Source of the DNA: Eubacteriales bacterium
Lineage (GTDB): Bacteria; Bacillota; Clostridia; Oscillospirales; SIG627
DNA length: 64,000 bases
Reading direction: 5' to 3'
NCBI GenBank assembly: GCA_045653035.1
Contig: JAZOLO010000003.1
Coordinates: 24,514-88,513 of the forward strand
Every line of letters begins with the position of its first letter. Within the stretch, counting starts at the first letter, position 1. The position numbers and the translations under genes were made by a program. Below the pieces are notes generated by a model. The model saw nothing but the letters and a program-made list of their open reading frames with translations, ran no database searches and was not told the origin of the DNA. Positions 1 through 7,789 of this stretch are shown here, in pieces.

Positions 1-1160
1 TTTTCAAGAATGTTAGTCATTGACTTGCAGCCATCCTTAGTGATAACTACACCCTTCTCCCATCTGGTACCGAAGGTAGGAGCGGAAATGAAGGTGTCAA
101 CCTGGAACGTCATATTTTCTTCAAGAATCCAGTCAGATGAGGTTTCCATCCAAGGTGCTTCAACTTCAATCATACCTGTACCGTGGCAAGGACCGTAAAC
201 GTAGTTCTTTTCAAATCCTCTGTCCTTAAACATCTGAAGGAATTCAAGGGGAACCTTGTTTGAAGGAATGCCTGCCTTGAGGTTCTTAACTGTCCAGTTG
301 TGCATCTCGTAGCAGAAGTCTATGTACTTTCTTCTCTCAGCATCAAGCTTACCCATGATAACCGGAAGACCTGTTGCGGGAGAATAACCGTCAATCTTAG
401 CGGAAAGGTTGAGCTGAACAACGTCACCCTTTTCGATTACTCTATAGCTGGGACGAGAAATAGCGTGGCTGGTAGACTTTCTGCTGAATACGTACATGGG
501 AAGTCCTTCGTATTCTGCACCGTTTTCATAGATAACTCTCTGAGCTACACCAACCATTGCAAGTTCGGTTACACCGGGACGAAGGTTCTTAATAACTTCT
601 TCTGTTGCAAGGTCAACAATTCTGAAGCCTTCCTGAATACAAGCAAGCTCGTTTTCGCTCTTAATCTTTCTGAGCTCAACCATGATATCGTTGCATACTG
701 AAATTTCAGCCTTGGGGAAGTTGTCACGAAGACCGTCGAGAATGGGAAGTGTGCACTCAACGTAGCTTCCAAGACCAATCTTGATGTTCTCACCTGTTAC
801 ACCGATAGACTTGAATGCTTCAGGGAATGTGTCGGGAACAAGCTCGGGATATGAGGGGTCAGCTGATTCACGGAATTCCTTGAGAACAAAAATCTTCTCA
901 ATCTTAGATGAGTTAGCTGCAACGTCTCTTGCGAAGATGGGAGATTCAGGTCCTACGAGAAGACATGCATCGCCTGTTGCGGAAATAGCAACACCTGCTC
1001 TTTCAAAAAGAGGCCAGAAGCCACTGAAGTATCTTGCGTTAGCGTAGTCGGATTCAGTGCTTACAACGAGCATTACGTCGAGTCCGCGGTCTCTAACCAT
1101 TTTCGCAGCCTTCTGAATTCTTTCCTTGTACTCATAATCGGGAATACAAATTCTTGCCAT
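1..1160 (-). CDS. M24-family metallopeptidase (Xaa-Pro aminopeptidase / creatinase-like), C-terminus cut by window edge
   Basis: Absent from the ORF track because it runs off the window. My reverse translation from the ATG at 1160 reads MARICIPDYEYKERIQKAAKMVRDRGLDVMLVVSTESDYANARYF... and stays open to position 1. It ends ...YGPCHGTGMIEVEAPW..., which fits a creatinase-like N-domain plus a pita-bread fold. The plus-strand ORFs at 10-1047 are antisense artefacts. Confidence 0.75.
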   Translation of the reverse strand, partial: MARICIPDYEYKERIQKAAKMVRDRGLDVMLVVSTESDYANARYFSGFWPLFERAGVAISATGDACLLVGPESPIFARDVAANSSKIEKIFVLKEFRESADPSYPELVPDTFPEAFKSIGVTGENIKIGLGSYVECTLPILDGLRDNFPKAEISVCNDIMVELRKIKSENELACIQEGFRIVDLATEEVIKNLRPGVTELAMVGVAQRVIYENGAEYEGLPMYVFSRKSTSHAISRPSYRVIEKGDVVQLNLSAKIDGYSPATGLPVIMGKLDAERRKYIDFCYEMHNWTVKNLKAGIPSNKVPLEFLQMFKDRGFEKNYVYGPCHGTGMIEVEAPWMETSSDWILEENMTFQVDTFISAPTFGTRWEKGVVITKDGCKSMTNILE

Positions 1161-1276
1161 AATTTTATCTCCTTTTATTTCTTTTTAATGCACCAAACGT
1201 GCATTTTATTTTTTACAGTTTTATTATACAAAATATATCTATGTTTGTATTTAGAATATTTTAAGTATTTTTTGCA

Positions 1277-1300
1277 CAATATTAAATATTTTTAATATTG
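1277..1300. promoter_or_regulatory. Perfect 10-bp inverted repeat CAATATTAAA-N4-TTTAATATTG overlapping a putative -35 (TTGCAT 1298-1303) of the AraC gene; candidate operator
   Basis: Read directly from the sequence. A TTGCAT-17-TATCAT promoter-like arrangement follows. The context is AT-rich, so a chance palindrome is possible. Confidence 0.3.
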
Positions 1301-1348
1301 CATAAATGAGGTTTCTGTGTTATCATTATATAAATGCGGAGGATTATT

Positions 1349-2221
1349 ATGGACTATAAGCTTAAAAGATTTGAAAAAGTTATTGATATAACAAGGATAG
1401 CCAACATACACTACTTTGAATTTACAAGAGAGTTTCACACGCTCAAAGACCGACATGAATTCAGAGAGCTTATCTACGTTGACAGCGGTTATATAGAAGT
1501 TAATGCCGAGGACTACATAGGGATAGTCAAAGAAGGCGAAGTCATCGTACACCGTGAGAATGAGACCCACTCAATATCCTGTCCTCTTGACGATGCTCCA
1601 AACGTTATAATTATCGGCTTTGAGTGCAAAAGCTCATCACTTGACGAGTTTGCCTCCACCCCTCACATTCTCACTGATGAGCTTCAGAGACTTCTTACAG
1701 ACATTATCAAGGAAGGACGAAACGTGTTTCTTCCCCCTTACGACGTGCCCAATCTTCGCGATATGAAGAAAAGGCGTGACTTTCCTTACGGGGCTGACCA
1801 GATGATAAAAATAAAGCTTGAAGCATTTTTTATTGAGCTCATCCGAAACAAAAGCAGTGTTGCAAATATTGAAATAGCCTCTGTAAGTGACGTAAAAATG
1901 CAAGAGGTGAAGCACTACATAGACGAGAACTTTAGAGAGAAGATAGGACTTGACGAGCTTTGCTTCCTTTACGGCACAAATAAAACCTCCCTTTGTGCAG
2001 GCTTCAAGGAGACTTACGGATATACCGTTATAAACTACATAAACAAGCTTAAAATAAAAGAAGCAAAAAAACTTCTCCGCGAGGGTAAATATAATCTTAC
2101 ACAGATTTCTACCGAGGTGGGTTTTTCATCAATCCACTATTTTTCAAGAATATTCAAGCAGTACGAAAATCAGTCACCCTCCTCTTACATTAAGTCTATA
2201 AAATCAAAACTGATGATATAA
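1349..2221 (+). CDS. AraC/XylS-family transcriptional regulator (N-terminal cupin-like sensor, C-terminal double HTH)
   Basis: The C-terminus GLDELCFLYGTNKTSLCAGFKETYGYTVINYINKLKIKEAKKLLREGKYNLTQISTEVGFSSIHYFSRIFKQ is a typical AraC HTH. GGAGG lies 6 nt before the ATG at 1349, and the track start at 1334 contains that RBS. Confidence 0.85.
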   Translation: MDYKLKRFEKVIDITRIANIHYFEFTREFHTLKDRHEFRELIYVDSGYIEVNAEDYIGIVKEGEVIVHRENETHSISCPLDDAPNVIIIGFECKSSSLDEFASTPHILTDELQRLLTDIIKEGRNVFLPPYDVPNLRDMKKRRDFPYGADQMIKIKLEAFFIELIRNKSSVANIEIASVSDVKMQEVKHYIDENFREKIGLDELCFLYGTNKTSLCAGFKETYGYTVINYINKLKIKEAKKLLREGKYNLTQISTEVGFSSIHYFSRIFKQYENQSPSSYIKSIKSKLMI

Positions 2222-2266
2222 TAAATATCCACCCGCATAGCGGGCGGTATTTCATTGTCTAAGAAA

Positions 2267-2294
2267 ACAGCACCCAACTTTTGTTGAGTGCTGT
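2267..2294. terminator. Hairpin ACAGCACCCAAC-TTTT-GTTGAGTGCTGT between convergent AraC and rpsI; probable bidirectional terminator
   Basis: 12-bp stem with one mismatch. It is flanked by an A-run upstream and GATTTTAAT downstream. Confidence 0.55.
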
Positions 2295-2322
2295 GATTTT
2301 AATAATCGCCGTAAAGCTGTAA

Positions 2323-2730
2323 TTATCTCTTTGAAAACTGAGGAGCACGACGTGCGGCTTTGAGACCGTACTTCTTTCTTTCCTTCATTCTGGGGTCACG
2401 AGTGATGAGACCTGCCTTCTTGAGGATTGTATGGTACACATCGCTGTTAGCCTTGTCGAGAGCTGTTGCTATACCGTGACGGATAGCACCTGCCTGACCT
2501 GATACACCGCCACCCTTAACTGTACATACAACGTCAAACTTGCCTGCGGTTGCTGTTACTGTGAAGGGCTGGTTTACTACGAGCTTGAGAGTGTCAAGTC
2601 CGAAGTACTCGTCCATTGTTCTGTTATTGATCTTAACGTCGCCTGTACCGGGATAAAGACGAACTCTTGCAACAGATTTCTTTCTTCTGCCTGTACCGTA
2701 GAAGTAAGGCTTTGCACTTGTATAATTCAT
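2323..2730 (-). CDS. rpsI: 30S ribosomal protein S9
   Basis: Contains [15 protein letters not shown]...[19 protein letters not shown]-like core and the C-terminal RRAPQFSKR. Confidence 0.97.
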   Translation of the reverse strand: MNYTSAKPYFYGTGRRKKSVARVRLYPGTGDVKINNRTMDEYFGLDTLKLVVNQPFTVTATAGKFDVVCTVKGGGVSGQAGAIRHGIATALDKANSDVYHTILKKAGLITRDPRMKERKKYGLKAARRAPQFSKR

Positions 2731-2747
2731 TCTTCCGTCCTCCCCTA

Positions 2748-3179
2748 TTACTTAACAGTTACTTCAACAGGCTGCTGTGCTGCCTGCTTATGCTCTGCAC
2801 CTGCATATACTTTAAGACGAGTAAGGCTCTTTGTGCCGATTACCGTCTTGGGAAGCATTCCCTTAACTGCAAGTGTGATAGCCATCTCGGGCTTTGTTGC
2901 AAGAAGAGTTTTGTAATCAATCTCCTTGAGTCCGCCGATGTAACCTGTGTGATGCTTATAAGTTTTCTGAGTGAGCTTGTTGCCTGAAAGCTTTACCTTT
3001 GCGGCGTTAACTACGATAACGAATTCACCGCAATCAACGTGAGGAGTAAATTCAGGTCTGTGCTTGCCGCGAAGTATATCTGCAGCCATAACCGCTACCT
3101 TACCGAGGGTCTTGCCTTCAGCGTCGATAACGTACCACTTACGCTCAACTGTTTCTGCTTTTGCCATAAATGTTGACAT
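2748..3179 (-). CDS. rplM: 50S ribosomal protein L13
   Basis: Reads [29 protein letters not shown]...[26 protein letters not shown] lies 7 nt upstream of the ATG at 3179; the track start at 3194 includes the RBS. Confidence 0.95.
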   Translation of the reverse strand: MSTFMAKAETVERKWYVIDAEGKTLGKVAVMAADILRGKHRPEFTPHVDCGEFVIVVNAAKVKLSGNKLTQKTYKHHTGYIGGLKEIDYKTLLATKPEMAITLAVKGMLPKTVIGTKSLTRLKVYAGAEHKQAAQQPVEVTVK

Positions 3180-3217
3180 AGCTTGTTCCTCCATAATTTG
3201 TTTTTATTTACCTGTAT

Positions 3218-3246
3218 ATTATAACGAGGGATTGTCTATTTGTCAA
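3218..3246 (-). promoter_or_regulatory. Consensus sigma-A promoter TTGACA-17-TATAAT for rplM-rpsI
   Basis: The reverse strand reads TTGACAaatagacaatccctcgtTATAAT. The -10 is at 3218-3223 and the -35 at 3241-3246. Confidence 0.75.
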
Positions 3247-3270
3247 CACATTTTTTAAAAGTTTTTAATT

Positions 3271-3320
3271 TATTTTCTCCTATCTCGTTATTTCTCTTGT
3301 TTTCTCGTTTTATCTCGTTT
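3271..3320. repeat. Four to five tandem 10-bp units (TATCTCGTTA / TTTCTCTTGT / TTTCTCGTTT / TATCTCGTTT), helically phased, upstream of the rplM promoter
   Basis: Seen directly. The unit boundaries fall at 3281, 3291, 3301 and 3311, with a degenerate unit at 3271. Confidence 0.6.
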
Positions 3321-3349
3321 TTACTAACTTAAAAAATTACGTTTTTGGA

Positions 3350-3377
3350 TTGACAATCAGGCTTTTTATGGTATAAT
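3350..3377 (+). promoter_or_regulatory. Sigma-A promoter TTGACA-16-TGgTATAAT for ttcA
   Basis: TTGACA at 3350-3355, TATAAT at 3372-3377, with an extended -10 TG. Confidence 0.7.
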
Positions 3378-3397
3378 TCTCATGCGAGGTAAATAAA

Positions 3398-4123
3398 ATG
3401 GATATAAAACTTATACTCAGCTACACAAGACGTGCAGTTGACAGCTACAACATGATAGAGGACGGCGACAGGATAGCCGTTGGAATTTCGGGTGGAAAAG
3501 ACTCCCTGACGCTTCTTTGTGCACTCGCACATCTTAAGAAGTTTTACCCAAAATACTTTGAAATTGTTGCGGTATCAATAGATATGGGCTTTGAAGGCAC
3601 GGACTATTCGGGCGTTGAAGCACTCTGCCGTGACCTTGGAGTTGAGTTCAAAATAATAAAAACACAGATATACGAAATCATCTTTAACGTAAGGAAAGAG
3701 GAGAGTCCTTGTTCGCTTTGTTCTAGAATGAGGCGTGGTGCATTAAATGACGCGGCAGACGAGCTTCATTGCAATAAGGTAGCTCTCGGGCATCATATGG
3801 ACGACGTTATAGAAACTTATATGCTTAACCTTTTTTATGCGGGAAAAATCGGTACGTTCTCCCCTGTTACCTATCTTGACCGTTCGGGGATAACCTGTAT
3901 CAGACCTCTCATTTACGTTCCTGAAAAGGATATAAGGTACTTTTCCTCGAAGCATGAACTTCCAACCTTCAAGAGTGCGTGTCCTGCCGACGGAAATACC
4001 GAGCGTGAAAATATGAAAAAAAGGCTCTCCGACCTTGGGCGTGAGATACCAGACATAAAAAACAAAATTTTCGGTGCAATACAGAGGGCGGAAATAAGCG
4101 GATTTCATCCTTTGAAAAAGTGA
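3398..4123 (+). CDS. ttcA: PP-loop ATPase, tRNA 2-thiocytidine biosynthesis TtcA family
   Basis: Has the PP-loop GISGGKDSLTLL and the Cys motifs CSLCSRMRRG and ...ACPADG. Confidence 0.8.
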   Translation: MDIKLILSYTRRAVDSYNMIEDGDRIAVGISGGKDSLTLLCALAHLKKFYPKYFEIVAVSIDMGFEGTDYSGVEALCRDLGVEFKIIKTQIYEIIFNVRKEESPCSLCSRMRRGALNDAADELHCNKVALGHHMDDVIETYMLNLFYAGKIGTFSPVTYLDRSGITCIRPLIYVPEKDIRYFSSKHELPTFKSACPADGNTERENMKKRLSDLGREIPDIKNKIFGAIQRAEISGFHPLKK

Positions 4124-4178
4124 ATTAAACGTGGCTTTTTGCATATACTGACATCAATATGATTTTTTGGAGGCTGTC

Positions 4179-4346
4179 ATGGAAGCGAAAAAAAGTAAGA
4201 AAAGCTACAAGAAAATAACCGAGCGTTTTTGCCCTAATCTTGGGGATAACGCAGTTATAATAAAAACTGTAAGCTCTACATGCGAAACATATAGCTGTAT
4301 GTCACAGAGTGAATGTAAAAGTGAAAATTGTATGCATAAAAAATGA
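4179..4346 (+). CDS. Unannotated 55-aa lysine-rich, five-cysteine small protein
   Basis: Below the track cutoff. GGAGG at 4169-4173 lies 5 nt before the ATG. Translation: MEAKKSKKSYKKITERFCPNLGDNAVIIKTVSSTCETYSCMSQSECKSENCMHKK. The TGA stop is embedded in a terminator hairpin. Confidence 0.55.
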   Translation: MEAKKSKKSYKKITERFCPNLGDNAVIIKTVSSTCETYSCMSQSECKSENCMHKK

Positions 4347-4369
4347 AGGCAAAAAGCCTTCATTTTTTT
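4344..4369. terminator. Intrinsic terminator TGAAGGC-AAAAA-GCCTTCA + T7
   Basis: 7-bp GC-containing stem followed by a T-run. It lies between the small ORF (+) and the convergent AI-2E gene (-). Confidence 0.75.
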
Positions 4370-4388
4370 GTATAAAGAAATTTAATTG

Positions 4389-5600
4389 TCAAGCTTCTTT
4401 TTTTGTTTCAGTTTCTTCTATTGCGGGTTCGGGAATAGTGTGAAAATATTCTTCAATTCCTACAGGCATTTTTTTAACCGCAAGACGCCTGTCCACTAGT
4501 CTTTCAACAAGAACGTAGGCTACCGAGAAAATCGGTACGCCGATAATCATTCCTGCAAATCCAAAGAGACCGCTCATTATAACGATTGCGACAAGAATCC
4601 AGAAAGCTGAAAGTCCCATTGAACCGCCGAGGATTTTAGGACCTATGAAATTTCCGTCAAGCTGTTGGATAAGAAGAATTGCAATAAGGAATGGTATTAC
4701 CTCACGGGGGTTTACCATAAGAAGAATAAATGCACTGGGGATTGCACCGATAAACGGTCCGAAAAAAGGAATAATGTTTGTGATACCTACTATAACACTA
4801 ATAAGAAGTGCGTAATCAAGTCTTAGTATCAGCATGACGATATAACAAAGCACTCCTATTATAGCCGAGTCTATAATCTTACCCTTAATGAAGCCACCTA
4901 CCGAATCGTCAAGCAATTCAAAAAAGTCAGATATTCTCTGTACCCATTTTGTATTAAAGAATGCACATATAAGCTTTTTCGACTGCGCCAAAAGATGCTC
5001 CTTACGGGATATCATGTAAATTGATACAAAAATGGAAAGAATAAGATTAACGAATACTACTGATACATCCTTAATGAGAAGTATTGCCTTGGGAACAAGC
5101 TCTGTTATATATTTCACTGCCATGTCCACAAATTCATCAAGTACACTTACAACGCGTTGAACGAGTCCGTAGTATTTGCTCGATGCATCGGGAAGTGAAT
5201 TAGCCCATTTTTCAAGGGCAGCCTGATATGAGGTAAGGTTACTTGCAAACGTTTCAAAGCTTGAATAAAGCTGAGGAATAATTACGTAAAGGAGAGCTGA
5301 AAGAAGAAGCAATGCCAGTACGTAAGCGAGTAAAACAGAAATAAATCTTCTTACTCTTGACATATCCTTCTTTGCTTTTTTGAAAAGAAATACCTTTTTT
5401 TCAAAGAAATTTACAATAGGGTTTATAAGATATGCTATTGCAAAACCTATGATTATAGGATTTATAATAGAAATAAACTTTCCTATTGCCAAAGAAATTG
5501 CTCCTATATTAAAAATAAAATATACTATGAACGCACACACTGTTACGGTAATCGTAGTATATATTGACATAAAGAAATATTTATTAGGCTGTCTTTTCAA
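4389..5600 (-). CDS. AI-2E family transporter (PerM/UPF0118) membrane protein
   Basis: Multi-TM protein with the family-typical ...ITNIIPFFGPFIGAIPSAFILL... and ...IQQLDGNFIGPKILG... segments. It uses a TTG start with GGGAG 7 nt upstream. Confidence 0.8.
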   Translation of the reverse strand: MKRQPNKYFFMSIYTTITVTVCAFIVYFIFNIGAISLAIGKFISIINPIIIGFAIAYLINPIVNFFEKKVFLFKKAKKDMSRVRRFISVLLAYVLALLLLSALLYVIIPQLYSSFETFASNLTSYQAALEKWANSLPDASSKYYGLVQRVVSVLDEFVDMAVKYITELVPKAILLIKDVSVVFVNLILSIFVSIYMISRKEHLLAQSKKLICAFFNTKWVQRISDFFELLDDSVGGFIKGKIIDSAIIGVLCYIVMLILRLDYALLISVIVGITNIIPFFGPFIGAIPSAFILLMVNPREVIPFLIAILLIQQLDGNFIGPKILGGSMGLSAFWILVAIVIMSGLFGFAGMIIGVPIFSVAYVLVERLVDRRLAVKKMPVGIEEYFHTIPEPAIEETETKKEA

Positions 5601-5713
5601 GTTTTCACTCCCTTTTTTTATAATTATAAACGAAAGTTTTTAAAACTGCAATAGTTTTGAAAAAAAATCTGTTTTATTTAAATATAGTTACACTATCCTC
5701 TACAGTAAAAAAA

Positions 5714-5742
5714 GAGTTTTCCTTACGGAAAACTCTTTTTTT
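5714..5742. terminator. Perfect bidirectional terminator A-run GAGTTTTCC-TTAC-GGAAAACTC T-run, ending the 12-kb operon
   Basis: 9-bp perfect stem flanked by A7 and T7. It starts immediately after the stop at 5744. Confidence 0.85.
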
Positions 5743-5743
5743 A

Positions 5744-6772
5744 TTAGCCAACGATACCTGAACGCTCAATACCTTGAATGAGATACTTCTGTAAATAGCT
5801 GTAGAACAGAAGCAAAGGAAGGATAATGAGAAGTCCGCAAGTGTTAGTGATACATGACTCATACAGTGTCTGGGCAGCGAAATCTTCACCTGCAAGGCTT
5901 GAAGGAACCTTTACTATTCGAGGCATGAGTATTGCACCCGACTGTGTAAAGAACAAGTCTGTATAGAAGTTATCTGTCCACTGCCATGAGAACGCAAAGA
6001 GGAAGATTGTTATCATCATGGGAATAGAAATAGGAAGGATAATCTTAACAAAGGTTCCAAATACGTTTTCTCCGTCAATGTACGCTGCTTCTTCAAGCTC
6101 GTCGGGTACGCCCTTAAAGAACTGTCTCATCATGAATATGTAAAGACCGTTCTTAAATGCCATACCGCCTATTGAAAGTATAACCAGAGGCCAGTAGGAG
6201 TTGATAAGGTCGATGGTCGATGCTTCGAGGTTAAACAGCTCTGCAATACCTCCGTATATACCGAAAATATCGAAGAACTTGAAGTTCATGTACATTGAAA
6301 GCTTTACTGTGTCATGAGGAACTATCATAGTAAGGATAACTGCCATGAATACAAGCTTGTTACCACGGAATTTGAACTTTGCAAGACCGTATCCGATGAT
6401 TGAACATATAAGGGTCTGTACGAAAGCACAAAGTGTTGAAAGTACAAATGTGTTGAAGAAAGCAGTGAAGTATTGGTTTTCTCTTATTATGTACTTGTAG
6501 GTATCAAGTGTGGGGTATTTCGGAATAAGTCTAACCGTCGCATCAACAAGGTCGTCACGGCTCATAAATGAACCGAAAATCTTGACAAAGAACGGGAAAA
6601 TAATAATATAAGAAATACCGATGAGAAGAAGGTATCTGAAAATCTTCCAAACTACCTGCACTGCAAAGGACGAAGAAAGATACTTTGCCTTAAATCTCTC
6701 AGCAATACTTGTTCTCTCAAATTCTACTTTAATCTTATTTTTGCTGTTTTTAAGAATCTTAGGTGAATCCAT
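5744..6772 (-). CDS. Carbohydrate ABC transporter permease, MalG-like (pair 2)
   Basis: Contains an EAA-loop segment LEEAAYIDGENVFGTFVKIILPISIPMM and has 6 TM helices. AGGAGG RBS present. Confidence 0.85.
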   Translation of the reverse strand: MDSPKILKNSKNKIKVEFERTSIAERFKAKYLSSSFAVQVVWKIFRYLLLIGISYIIIFPFFVKIFGSFMSRDDLVDATVRLIPKYPTLDTYKYIIRENQYFTAFFNTFVLSTLCAFVQTLICSIIGYGLAKFKFRGNKLVFMAVILTMIVPHDTVKLSMYMNFKFFDIFGIYGGIAELFNLEASTIDLINSYWPLVILSIGGMAFKNGLYIFMMRQFFKGVPDELEEAAYIDGENVFGTFVKIILPISIPMMITIFLFAFSWQWTDNFYTDLFFTQSGAILMPRIVKVPSSLAGEDFAAQTLYESCITNTCGLLIILPLLLFYSYLQKYLIQGIERSGIVG

Positions 6773-6790
6773 TTACTATTTCCTCCTTTC

Positions 6791-7771
6791 TTAGTCTCTT
6801 CTCTGGTAGAATATGTACATTGATAGAAGACCTGCTACAATCGCTATCATTGCAATAACGATGAGGAAGTACATCCAGCTCATTGCTGAGCTTAAAACCT
6901 GTCCGTTTGCTGCTTCTCTGTACACTCTGTCAATATACGTCATTACCTGGTTTGACTCAGATGTAAATGAGTCAATTACAGTATAAATTGTATTTACCAA
7001 AATCATAGGGCTTATCATAGGGAAGGTTATCTTCCAGAATGTTTCCCAAGAGGAGGCACCGTCTATTCGGCATGACTCATAAATTGCGGGGTTGATTGAC
7101 TGAAGACCTGCAAGAAATATAAGCATCTGTACACCTGAACGGTTTACTATGTTATAAATATCGTTTACAAGTCCTGCAACGTAATCAACAAGTCCACGAC
7201 CTACTTTCATGTTAGCAAAGAGCTTTTGTATATCCATTGCGGAGATAATCTCGTTTGCAGTGGTCTGGCTTCCTTCGGCACCTGTTGAGATACCGTCAGA
7301 GGAGCCCATGTAGGTCATCATTGAGTTAGACTGGTCAATTGAATCGATAATACCTGTTGAAAGAATAACGGGGATAAAGAAGATAGCACGGAAAAGTGTT
7401 CTGCCGGGCATCTTATCGTTAAGCATAATCGCCATAAAAAGTGAAAATATAACGATTGCTGGGATATCAAGTACGAGCTGTCTTATACCTGCAACAAGCG
7501 TCGTAACGTAACCAGCATCTTCAAAAAGTGCTTCCTGGAAGTTGTCCCAACCTACGTAAATAAGGTCGTAACCACCCGTTGCCTGAATTTCAAGCTCATG
7601 GAAGCTGAATCTTATTGAGTCGAAAATAATGGGAACATATACTGCTATAAATACTGCTACGAAGGGAAGGACAAACCACCAGCCCGCACGAGCTTTTTTT
7701 CTGTCCAGTGATGCCGGCTTTTTCTTCTTCTTCTTTGCCGGTGCTACTATAACTTTTGCATCTGCGTTCAT
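6791..7771 (-). CDS. Sugar ABC transporter permease, MalF-like (pair 2) with an enlarged extracytoplasmic loop
   Basis: Contains YESCRIDGASSWETFWKITFPMISPM (EAA loop) and a K-rich N-terminus. GGGAGGAG RBS present. Confidence 0.85.
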   Translation of the reverse strand: MNADAKVIVAPAKKKKKKPASLDRKKARAGWWFVLPFVAVFIAVYVPIIFDSIRFSFHELEIQATGGYDLIYVGWDNFQEALFEDAGYVTTLVAGIRQLVLDIPAIVIFSLFMAIMLNDKMPGRTLFRAIFFIPVILSTGIIDSIDQSNSMMTYMGSSDGISTGAEGSQTTANEIISAMDIQKLFANMKVGRGLVDYVAGLVNDIYNIVNRSGVQMLIFLAGLQSINPAIYESCRIDGASSWETFWKITFPMISPMILVNTIYTVIDSFTSESNQVMTYIDRVYREAANGQVLSSAMSWMYFLIVIAMIAIVAGLLSMYIFYQRRD

Positions 7772-7789
7772 TTTATCTCCTCCCTTTCC

